Of a stretch of 64,000 nucleotides of DNA, positions 28,592-37,093 are shown piece by piece. Numbering within the stretch: position 1 is the stretch's first letter; each line of letters opens with the position of its first letter. The position numbers and the translations under genes are program-made. Source of the stretch: Ignavibacteriota bacterium (GTDB lineage: Bacteria; Bacteroidota; Ignavibacteria; UBA10030; UBA6906). The notes beneath the pieces were generated by a model. The model searched no databases. It was not told the origin of the DNA and saw only the letters and a program-made list of their open reading frames with translations. Where the stretch lies: the NCBI GenBank assembly GCA_963801355.1, contig CAWDEM010000004.1, forward strand, positions 352,001-416,000. Reading direction: 5' to 3'.

Positions 28592-30733
28592 CTATTTTTT
28601 TGCGGGTCGCTGGTAATATTTCTTTGCGTATTCGACCACCATGCGATCGGTGTTATACACCGGGAGCAGGGTGGCAATCGAATGCCGGACCCGCCGCAGG
28701 AGGTTGTGCGGAATACCATCCTTTCCCCGGTCGTAAAAGAGCGGAATCACCTGATTCTCGAGCACGGCCCGGAGAGAAGCGGCATCCAGATCATCCTGCA
28801 GCTGTTCTGAGCTGGCGGTTGTATCTTCCCCGACTTTCCATCCGTTCATTCCGTCGTACGCCTCACGCCACCAGCCGTCCATTGTACTGAGATTGAGGGA
28901 GCCATGCATGATGCCCTTCATGCCGCTAGTGCCGCACGCCTCATTCGGACGCCGCGGAGTATTCAGCCAGATGTCAGCGCCGGCAACGAGATATCGTGCA
29001 ACATTGATGTCGTAGTCTTCGACAAAGACGACGCGTCCGAAGAGATCCACCCGTTTTGTGATGTTGACGATCTCCTGGATGAAATGCTTCCCCGCGTCAT
29101 CGCGGGGATGCGCTTTCCCCGCGAACACCAGCTGTACCGGCCGTTCTTTGTCGGTCAGAACACGGATGGCCCAGCCAAGATCACGGAAGAACAATGGGGC
29201 ACGTTTGTAGGTCGCAAACCGGCGAGCGAAGCAAATGGTCATTGCGTCCGGCGACAGCACATTGTCATACAATCCGATATCGTCGGGATTGTGACGGAGC
29301 TGTTGCTCACGCAGGCGTTTTCGAACAAACTCCACAAGTTCCCGCCGGAGGGAGGTGCGCAGGGCCCACAGATCCTGGTCCGAGACTTTCTTCGATTCCA
29401 GCATTGCGTGCCAGTATTTCGCGTCCCGCAGCCTGTCAATCCATGCACGTCCGAGGTGATTGGTCCAGAACAGCGAAGCCGTGGGAGTCGTCCAGCCCGC
29501 CGTGTGAACACCGTTCGTTACAGAACCGATCGGGACTTTGCTGACGGCTGTGTCGGGGTAGAGTTCCTTCCACATCTCCTGGCTGACGCGGCCATGGAGC
29601 TGGCTCACGCCGTTCGCGGCGCGGGACATTTTCAATGCCAGGACGGTCATGCAGAACGGTTCACTTTGATCGCCGTTGTGGATGCGCCCGTAATTGATAA
29701 AGTCGTCGATGGGCATACCCATGAGAGTGGCAAGGTACCCGAGGTTTCCTTCGATGAGTCCGCGGTCAAAACGGTCATGACCGGCGGGGACGGGCGTATG
29801 CGTCGTGAACACGCAGCGCTTCCTCACAAAGGCTTCGGCATCATGGAGCGATTTCTTCGTCTGCAGTCGTTCGCGCAGCAGCTCCAGCGTGAGAAACGAT
29901 GAGTGACCCTCGTTCATGTGGAAGACCGAGGGGGAGATGCCGAGTTTACGAATGAGTCGTACACCACCGATACCGAGGAGGATCTCCTGGCCGATGCGAT
30001 TTGACTGGTCTCCGCCATACACATGGCCGGAGAGGTCTCTGAAAAACTGTCCGTTCTGCGGGAGATTTGTATCGAGCAGGTAGAGTCTCACGCGGCCGAC
30101 CTCCACCACCCACGCCTGATAGGCGACTTCTGCAGAGCCAATCTGGACGGTACAGATCACCGGATTTCCCCGTTTGTCGGCAACCCGGCGCAACGGCAGC
30201 CGTTCCGGATCATAAGCAGGGTACATCTCCTGCTGCCAGCCGTCCCTGCTGATGTGCTGCCGGAAGTACCCATGGCGGTAGAAGATGCCGATGCCGAGGA
30301 ATGGTACGCCGAGGTCACTGGCGGATTTGGCATGATCGCCCGCCAGCATTCCCAGGCCTCCGGAATAGATGCGGAGACTTTCGTGCAGGCCGAATTCAGC
30401 GCTGAAGTATGCCACAGGAGCATTCTTCAGCCACGGTGTGTTCTTGCTGGCCCAGGTACTCTTGGCTTTCATGTAGTCCTGGAAGGTCCGGCACACTGTA
30501 TCCACCTTCTCATAGAGCTCGGGGTCCTGCAATCGGCCCCGGAGTTCCCGTCCGGACACAAAATTCATTACCTCCACCGCGTTATGGTTGCTGTCCTCCC
30601 AGAAGAAAGGCGAGAGCTCTTTGAAAATTCTCTGTGCAGCCGGATTCCACGAACGCCACAGGTTGTACGCCAGTTCGTGAAGTTGTTGGATGCGGCTTTC
30701 GATCTGTTTTTCCGAAATTCGCTTGGAGGCCAC
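28592..30733 (-). CDS. glgP: Alpha-glucan (glycogen/maltodextrin) phosphorylase
   Basis: AYFSAEFG, YSGGLG.LAGDH, HMNEGH, TTHTPVPAGHD, ARRFATYKR, GKAHP and EACGTSGMK (PLP Lys). GTG start at 30733 after RBS aggag. Confidence 0.95.
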   Translation of the reverse strand: MASKRISEKQIESRIQQLHELAYNLWRSWNPAAQRIFKELSPFFWEDSNHNAVEVMNFVSGRELRGRLQDPELYEKVDTVCRTFQDYMKAKSTWASKNTPWLKNAPVAYFSAEFGLHESLRIYSGGLGMLAGDHAKSASDLGVPFLGIGIFYRHGYFRQHISRDGWQQEMYPAYDPERLPLRRVADKRGNPVICTVQIGSAEVAYQAWVVEVGRVRLYLLDTNLPQNGQFFRDLSGHVYGGDQSNRIGQEILLGIGGVRLIRKLGISPSVFHMNEGHSSFLTLELLRERLQTKKSLHDAEAFVRKRCVFTTHTPVPAGHDRFDRGLIEGNLGYLATLMGMPIDDFINYGRIHNGDQSEPFCMTVLALKMSRAANGVSQLHGRVSQEMWKELYPDTAVSKVPIGSVTNGVHTAGWTTPTASLFWTNHLGRAWIDRLRDAKYWHAMLESKKVSDQDLWALRTSLRRELVEFVRKRLREQQLRHNPDDIGLYDNVLSPDAMTICFARRFATYKRAPLFFRDLGWAIRVLTDKERPVQLVFAGKAHPRDDAGKHFIQEIVNITKRVDLFGRVVFVEDYDINVARYLVAGADIWLNTPRRPNEACGTSGMKGIMHGSLNLSTMDGWWREAYDGMNGWKVGEDTTASSEQLQDDLDAASLRAVLENQVIPLFYDRGKDGIPHNLLRRVRHSIATLLPVYNTDRMVVEYAKKYYQRPAKK

Positions 30734-30864
30734 GTTTGCTCGCTCCTGATGGATAATCAAACGTAAAATATAGTGATTCACAGCGGTAAAACCAATAAAG
30801 TAATGGGATTATCGCAACAGAAGGGCCAGAACGGGAGTGAAGAAGGCAAAAACAGCTAAAATTG

Positions 30865-33264
30865 TCAAAGAATTTGAGCAACTCCAAACGTAAACCGGAG
30901 ACCAGCCGGCTCACTCAGGCGCCACGTAAAATCCAGGCGCAGAACATCAAATACCCTATTGATGCCGATTCCGGTTTCCGTGTACCAGCCGCCGGATTCC
31001 GTGAGCGGCAGCCGGCTCCGGTTCCAAGTCCGGGCGAATCCTGTGTGAAGTACGAGTTCAATGCTTCGTTCGTACAGGAAAGGCAGGCCGAGGGCCAGGA
31101 AGGGGAGGGACCGGAAGTTGTGTTCAGCGGTGCAGGCGACATATTCGGTGCCCCCGAATTCTTTCACGTCAAGGCCCCGGAGGACTCCCAGCGGCCCGAT
31201 GCCACTTGAAGCACTTTCGAGCGAAAATGCACGTTGCAGCGGCAATGTTCCACCTGAGAAGCCGCCGGCAATCCGGAACGTAAAACCGGGTGCGAACAGC
31301 AGACTCCGCGCAAAGGTCGGCACCATCAGCGTTGCGATTGCCTCGAACCGGGTGAAGTCGAACGAGCTCCCGGCGAGATGAGGAGTGGAATGTTCGAGGA
31401 GGATGTCCAGGGCATTGTGCGTGATCAGGTTCAAAGGAACGGGAGGTTCACCGTAGCGGAGGGTGAGCAGCAGGCTGCGCATTTTGCCTTCGGCCACGGG
31501 GAGATTCGGGCGGTACGCTCGCGAACGGTACAGAATGCTGTACTCCGTTGCCACGGGAAGAGAAGAATGCATTTCGCTCATGAATGCGAGTTCCGCATGC
31601 ACCATGCGCGAGGGAGACACCGTTACAAACGATCGCCACCCCTCTACATGATAGTAATCGCGGTAGTCATTCTTCTGCAACAGCGCGGTCAGCGAGTTCA
31701 CCAGCGATCCGAACACACCCCCGTCCGGCCGGATCGCGGACCTTCTGTATCCGTCGACGCCGAGTCCGAGCACGTGTACGGGAGAGGTGAAGAAGGTCAC
31801 GCCGGCGGAATACGATGTGTTTCTGGCCGAGAAATTGTATGCCGCTCCCGCCCTGGCATCCGCCAGCGGGAATACGGCGGCGGACCACTGCGCCCCGAGG
31901 TGAAAACCTTCGACCCTGGAAAACGCGACGTCTGCATACTGCAAGAGAGAGGCGGTGGATCCGTCCTCTCCGCCGATTGTCATTGTGATGCCGCCGGGTC
32001 TGAATTGTACTTCAAGCGATTGTGTGCTGTCCAGGGATCCGTAGGCGTGGATTTCCTCGGGAGTGAGTGGCAGCACTTCATTGGCGCTCCAGAAACTGGT
32101 GTCGGTCCGTGTCGCCGAAGAATCGATCACGAGGCGCGCCTGCCGGAAGATGCTATCGGGCAGCTGCGGATTCACCGTGTAGTTCGTGATCACGGAAGTC
32201 TGATCGAAGCCGAAACGGGGGAATGACATACCGATCAGGCCGAGTTGCACATCTGCGGTGATGCGTATGTCAACCGGAAGCCAGATGTCGTCATGGTAGA
32301 CGGCAAATTGCTGCTTATACCTGAGGTGTTTCTCCTTAACGAACGGAATCTGGAATGCTTCGTTGGGTTCGACATCAACTCCCATCAGGGCATACGATTC
32401 GTCGGCGATATGGATCGTTCCGCGGAAGAGCGGGCGGGTACGGTTGCGGGGCGTCAGGGAGATCTCGAAAACATTCTGATCGCGGTCGCGATGTGTTCGC
32501 TCCAGGTGAACGGCGTACGCGTCAAGTGCATCCGGGGCGGTCGGGCCGACGAACGTGTAACCGAGGAAACGGATTTCGTCGTCGTTGAAGTTGATGATCC
32601 TGCCGACCGATGCAAAGTTAAACGATTGCGGGATGTTTGCAGTCTGTCTGCGCTGGAGGACGACTTCCCGGAGAGTGTCGCCCTGTTGCCAGTAGCCGCG
32701 CGTAAATGATTCAGCGACGCTGGCAATGGCCGTATCGCGACGAATCACCTGCCGTGTGAATGCTTCCATCTGATACGAGGCAAGCCTGCTGACCCAGTGA
32801 CGTTTGCGGGCGATTGCGCGCCGGATGATTTCGACCGCCGGATCTTCGGTGGTGATGACGATTTCAGGAAGGATGATCTCGCAGGGATGGAGGAGGGCGT
32901 TGTGGATAACAGCGCATGATACGATGACGCGGCTCGTATCCGCGCGAAAGCCGATCATGCTCGCGATGATCGTATACGTGCCGGGTTCCACCTGCAGTGA
33001 GTACTGTCCGGCCGGGGTTGTGATTGTACCGCGGGCAGTCCCGGCGATGCGGACGTGTGCCGCCGGAAGAGGTTCACCGGTGGCGGAATCCCTCACACAA
33101 CCGCTGATGGAAAAAGGCTGGTCCGCCGTCGCGCACGAAACGAGCGTTGCGACAAGGCCTGTACAGGCAATGAAGAATCTTACAGAGTTCGCTTGCCTGG
33201 TTTTGATGGAGGTGACCCCGCATTCTGGGGAGGAAGGCCCGGCGAACGGGATGCCTGTTCCCAC
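30865..33264 (-). CDS. Outer-membrane protein: carboxypeptidase-regulatory-like N-domain + DUF5686-like beta-barrel
   Basis: G.VRDSATGEPLP.A.V...GT.T...G.Y.L and AVEIIRRAIA, with C-terminal beta strands E.GIGI....LRLDFTWR. Start codon uncertain. Confidence 0.75.
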   Translation of the reverse strand: MGTGIPFAGPSSPECGVTSIKTRQANSVRFFIACTGLVATLVSCATADQPFSISGCVRDSATGEPLPAAHVRIAGTARGTITTPAGQYSLQVEPGTYTIIASMIGFRADTSRVIVSCAVIHNALLHPCEIILPEIVITTEDPAVEIIRRAIARKRHWVSRLASYQMEAFTRQVIRRDTAIASVAESFTRGYWQQGDTLREVVLQRRQTANIPQSFNFASVGRIINFNDDEIRFLGYTFVGPTAPDALDAYAVHLERTHRDRDQNVFEISLTPRNRTRPLFRGTIHIADESYALMGVDVEPNEAFQIPFVKEKHLRYKQQFAVYHDDIWLPVDIRITADVQLGLIGMSFPRFGFDQTSVITNYTVNPQLPDSIFRQARLVIDSSATRTDTSFWSANEVLPLTPEEIHAYGSLDSTQSLEVQFRPGGITMTIGGEDGSTASLLQYADVAFSRVEGFHLGAQWSAAVFPLADARAGAAYNFSARNTSYSAGVTFFTSPVHVLGLGVDGYRRSAIRPDGGVFGSLVNSLTALLQKNDYRDYYHVEGWRSFVTVSPSRMVHAELAFMSEMHSSLPVATEYSILYRSRAYRPNLPVAEGKMRSLLLTLRYGEPPVPLNLITHNALDILLEHSTPHLAGSSFDFTRFEAIATLMVPTFARSLLFAPGFTFRIAGGFSGGTLPLQRAFSLESASSGIGPLGVLRGLDVKEFGGTEYVACTAEHNFRSLPFLALGLPFLYERSIELVLHTGFARTWNRSRLPLTESGGWYTETGIGINRVFDVLRLDFTWRLSEPAGLRFTFGVAQIL

Positions 33265-33638
33265 ACCTTGCGCTCCTTTTCCTGGCGGACTGCCTCACGT
33301 TCTGCTTTGAGGCGGGCAAGGCGCTGCTCATCAGTCATAAGCGAGGAGGGCGGCGCCGAAGTTTGTTTGTTGCGGAAGGCCTCCCAGGCGGGAAGCACGC
33401 TCTTCTCGCAGGAGACTACCAGAGGATTCAAAGGATCGAGCAAGTAGGCTTCCATCAGGGAGTCGAACGCAAGCGCACTCTGTCCGCGCTTGAGATACTG
33501 TTCTGCAGCTCCGGTCAGACGCGATATTTGCGATTGTACATCCCGTCCCGGTCCCGCATTGCCGCCAACCTTGCCGAAGTCGGAACCGATGGTGACAGAG
33601 AGTGGCTTCCTCTCGCGCGGTGCATCCCCGATGGCCAT
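33180..33638 (-). CDS. Hypothetical protein with a single TPR-like repeat and coiled coil
   Basis: RBS gaggagg. AEQYLKRGQ..LAFDSLMEAYLLDPLNP is TPR-like; RLARLKAEREAVRQEKERKVW looks like a coiled coil. Confidence 0.6.
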   Translation of the reverse strand: MAIGDAPRERKPLSVTIGSDFGKVGGNAGPGRDVQSQISRLTGAAEQYLKRGQSALAFDSLMEAYLLDPLNPLVVSCEKSVLPAWEAFRNKQTSAPPSSLMTDEQRLARLKAEREAVRQEKERKVWEQASRSPGLPPQNAGSPPSKPGKRTL

Positions 33639-33757
33639 AGTTGCCTCCTCGTCGTGCTTGTTCCACTACACTAAAGATACGGCAACAGGCAGGAGAAAGC
33701 AAGTGATCGCATCACGAAATACTCGCAATCGAAAATTTCGTTACGTACTTTGTACGT

Positions 33758-35038
33758 ATGTGCGGAGATCAGAAACACATTGTAGTTATCGGCGGCGGCG
33801 GTGCAGGTATCATGGCTGCGTGGCGCGCGGCCACAAGAGGTTGTCCTGTGCTCCTCCTCGAACGGAACGGCCGTTTGGGCCAGAAAATCCTGATCTCCGG
33901 CGGCGGGAAATGTAATGTCACTCATGAAGGTACCGTAGAGGATATCCTTGCCGCATTCGTTGTGCCGGAACGCCGGTTCTTGAAACCCGCCCTCCACCGC
34001 TTTGGCAATCGGGATCTGGAGGCACTGCTTGCTGCCGGCGGAATCATCGTCGCCCCGCGGGCCAACGGACGAGTCTTCCCCGTGAATGGAACGGCAAAAG
34101 ACGTCATGAGGGTATTCTCTCATCTTCTTGCCGCACACAACGTCACCGTGAAGTTTCATCAGAGAGTGGAAGAGATTCTCACAGATGATCGCGGCGTGTG
34201 CGGCGTCCGGATGCATCGTACCGTGATCAGCGCACCCCGGGTGATTCTCTCCACCGGCGGCGCGTCCTACCCGCAGACCGGAACCACAGGAGACGGATTT
34301 GCATTTGCGCGGGCTCTCGGACACACGGTTGTGCCCGTGCGTGCCGCCCTTGCGCCGATCCAGCCGGATCCTCCACTTCCGGGTGGCTGGCGCGGCGTGG
34401 CGATTCGGGGAGGATCGCTCTCTGCCGTCCACCGCGGCAGGGAGATCGCCCGTCTGGAGGATGACATCCTGTTCACGCACGAAGGCCTGTCAGGTCCTGC
34501 GACCCTGGGGATCAGCCGTGCCGCGGCGCTTGCTGCGGAATCAGGCACGGTCTCGATGTTTCTGGATTTCTTTCCCCGGAAGGAAGCTGCAGTTCTGGAT
34601 GAGGAACTCCAGGCCGTGATCCGGACACACCGGGGCCGGATGGTGGCGACGCTTCTGGAGCCATGGCTGCCGAACCGGATCATTGAGGGAGTTCTCCGTT
34701 CGGCAGGGGTTGACCCGGAGACCCGCGGTCACGTGTTGACGCGCAAAGATCGTGGCGCGATCATCAGGGTCCTCAAACGATGGCCACTAGGAGACGTTGC
34801 GTGTGTGCCCGTCGAGAGAGGCGAAGTGACGGCCGGCGGTATTGCTCTCGGGGAGGTGAACTCGCGCACCATGTGTTCCCGGCGAATCAGGGGGCTGTAT
34901 GTCTGCGGTGAAGTGCTGGACATCGCCGGCCCCATCGGGGGCTACAACCTTCAAGCGGCGTTTTCCACGGGGTTCGTTGCCGGTGACAGTGCGGCCGACG
35001 AATTTCTGCGGGCTGCCCGATATCCGGATACTATCTGA
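33758..35038 (+). CDS. HI0933/BaiN-family NAD(P)/FAD-dependent oxidoreductase
   Basis: GGGGAG, GQKILISGGGKCNVT, GRVFP, TGG.SYP.TGTTGDG, LFTHEGLSGP and GE..DI.G..GGYNLQ.AFSTG. Confidence 0.93.
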   Translation: MCGDQKHIVVIGGGGAGIMAAWRAATRGCPVLLLERNGRLGQKILISGGGKCNVTHEGTVEDILAAFVVPERRFLKPALHRFGNRDLEALLAAGGIIVAPRANGRVFPVNGTAKDVMRVFSHLLAAHNVTVKFHQRVEEILTDDRGVCGVRMHRTVISAPRVILSTGGASYPQTGTTGDGFAFARALGHTVVPVRAALAPIQPDPPLPGGWRGVAIRGGSLSAVHRGREIARLEDDILFTHEGLSGPATLGISRAAALAAESGTVSMFLDFFPRKEAAVLDEELQAVIRTHRGRMVATLLEPWLPNRIIEGVLRSAGVDPETRGHVLTRKDRGAIIRVLKRWPLGDVACVPVERGEVTAGGIALGEVNSRTMCSRRIRGLYVCGEVLDIAGPIGGYNLQAAFSTGFVAGDSAADEFLRAARYPDTI

Positions 35039-36992
35039 CCAGCATCATCTTTCGCGTGGTGACGAATCCGTCGGCAACGAGCTGGTACAGATACAAGCCG
35101 CTCGCCAGCACTGTCCCGTCAAATGTCACCGTGTACTCACCTGCCGGCTGTCTCTCGTTCACGAGCACTGCGACCTCCCTACCCAGCATGTCGTACACCG
35201 CGAGCCTCACCCAACTCGTGCCCAGTGCCTCGTGCCCAGTGCCTGCTGCCAGCAGGCTGTACCGTATTGTCGTACTTGGATTGAATGGATTCGGATAGTT
35301 CTGCAAGAGAGCGGTCTGCACCGGCGAGCCGGCCGGCGCATCGACAGCAGTCGGGTATGATGCAGTCATGATAAAATCCACATCCTCGACAGCGAATGTG
35401 TTGGAAGGGATTGTGACAGGGGCCTGAACGTGATTGAACCGGAAGCGATCTGCGAGCAACGTTACCGGTCCGCTCCCGAGTGCTTCCACGGCATACCGGC
35501 CCGCCGGATCGCTCATTCCGTACCCGATGATGGTACCGTCCACGGCACGCGCCAGGACGCGAACCCCGGGCAGCGGGGCGCTGTTCCCGGTGAGGATGTG
35601 TCCCCGTATCCGGGTGAGACCGGCATTGTTCAGGGGCGGTACGGATATCCGTATGTGAGGTGTAACGCCATTGACCGCGACGCTGTCGGCATCGAGCCAT
35701 GTGAGCGCGCTGGCACCTGAGGACGTTGAGTAAGACGGGGCATAGTCACCAAAGGGAATGGCAAGGACATTGTAGCTCCCGGCCTCGATGTCTTCAACCA
35801 GAAAGACGCCGCTAGAGTCAGTGAAGGTGAAGACCGCCGGTCGCTCGACTCCTTCTTTCGGCCGCGGAAACAGGATTATGCGCGCGGGAACATCGTTGCC
35901 ACCGGGTTCCTGCACGGTGCCCTGCATGGTGCCGGTATCGGTTGGAGCTTTCTTCCTGAGGGAGAAGGTGATGCCGGTTGTGTCTCCCCGTACCGCAAGG
36001 ATTGTCGCCTCTGTCGGATCGGGGGCATTATCAAAGAACTCAGGATAGTAGCCGCTCTTTGACGACATCGCGACATACAGCCGGTTGCCGGCGACCTGGG
36101 CAAAGAACTTGCCTGCGGTGTTTGTATAGCCGAACCACGCCACGCCGCGGGAATAACCGACGCCCGGTATGTGCACGGCCTCGGGTCCCTCGGTCGATGA
36201 CAATGTTGCAGCTGATGTGACGAGCTCCTGGATCGGACGGAAAAACGCGACAACTGCACCTTCGATGGGTGTCCCCTGATCGTCCGTCACAATGCCGCTC
36301 ACGTAGGCATAGAGCCGCGGGGAGTTCGGCACAAGGGAAAAGTCCACCCGGGTGGTATCGTTGACCCTGACGGTGACCGGTGTGGCGTTCGCCGGCTCGG
36401 TTGCACCAAGATACCACTGTGTCTGGTGGCCGGTATTTGATACCGACGTCGGCGGTTCTTCCGCACGCACGAGATAGGCACCGGTATCGACGACGGCGGA
36501 GAACGTGCCGGCAGAATTCACTGTTATGTCGAGTCCGCGATTAGCGGGCGAGGGCAATTTGAAGAAGCGGACGACGACCTTCGGGATGGGGAGGCCGGAA
36601 ACCTTATCCGTGATTCTTCCTGTAATGATACCTTTGGGTCCCGGAGGAAGCGCAAAGGCGCGCACGCTGGCGATATTGCTCCATAGCGACTCGAGGAGTA
36701 CGGTGTCATTCTTCGCGACCGCGGTGACGACATAGTTGTAGAGCACTCCGGGAGTGACCGACTGATCCACGAACTGGCGTGTCACGCTGATAGCGATCCA
36801 CTGGAAGTTCGTCGTGTCCGGCGAAGACCGGTAGACCTTGTAGAATGAAGTTCCGGCAGGGCCGCTCCAGCTCAGGATCACAGAAGGCTGGAGGGATGCA
36901 GGAGAATTTGCCTGCAAGTTCGTGGGCGCCTGTGCGACCATCGTGGCTGCAAAGGAAATCAGCGCAAGGACTGTACCGATCACAAGTTTCAT
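35031..36992 (-). CDS. T9SS-secreted protein: FN3 + repeated carboxypeptidase-regulatory-like domains
   Basis: Signal peptide, APTNL..W...YKVYRS FN3, repeated G.I.G.VTD..G.PI, and C-terminal LLQNYPNPFNPSTTI...VYDMLGREV...LASG.Y.Y.L..RKMMLVR. Confidence 0.85.
   Translation of the reverse strand: MKLVIGTVLALISFAATMVAQAPTNLQANSPASLQPSVILSWSGPAGTSFYKVYRSSPDTTNFQWIAISVTRQFVDQSVTPGVLYNYVVTAVAKNDTVLLESLWSNIASVRAFALPPGPKGIITGRITDKVSGLPIPKVVVRFFKLPSPANRGLDITVNSAGTFSAVVDTGAYLVRAEEPPTSVSNTGHQTQWYLGATEPANATPVTVRVNDTTRVDFSLVPNSPRLYAYVSGIVTDDQGTPIEGAVVAFFRPIQELVTSAATLSSTEGPEAVHIPGVGYSRGVAWFGYTNTAGKFFAQVAGNRLYVAMSSKSGYYPEFFDNAPDPTEATILAVRGDTTGITFSLRKKAPTDTGTMQGTVQEPGGNDVPARIILFPRPKEGVERPAVFTFTDSSGVFLVEDIEAGSYNVLAIPFGDYAPSYSTSSGASALTWLDADSVAVNGVTPHIRISVPPLNNAGLTRIRGHILTGNSAPLPGVRVLARAVDGTIIGYGMSDPAGRYAVEALGSGPVTLLADRFRFNHVQAPVTIPSNTFAVEDVDFIMTASYPTAVDAPAGSPVQTALLQNYPNPFNPSTTIRYSLLAAGTGHEALGTSWVRLAVYDMLGREVAVLVNERQPAGEYTVTFDGTVLASGLYLYQLVADGFVTTRKMMLVR
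35215..35242. repeat. 14-bp tandem repeat (two heptamer types) inside the T9SS domain
   Basis: CTCGTGCCCAGTGC x2, encoding the loop AGTGHEALGTSW that is absent from the neighbouring paralog. Confidence 0.7.
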
Positions 36993-37032
36993 GGCCAACC
37001 CCCATCCCGCTTGTCAATCATCTGAAGCCGGA

Positions 37033-37072
37033 GAACGCAACGGCGCCGGGTGTTCCGGCGGCCGTTGCGTTC
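37033..37072 (-). terminator. Strong hairpin between the two T9SS paralogs (terminator or RNA-stabilising stem)
   Basis: GAACGCAACGGC / GCCGTTGCGTTC 12-bp stem plus inner GCCGG/CCGGC. No clear U-tract. Confidence 0.55.
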
Positions 37073-37093
37073 ACGTCCCCGCTATCTCCCGCA

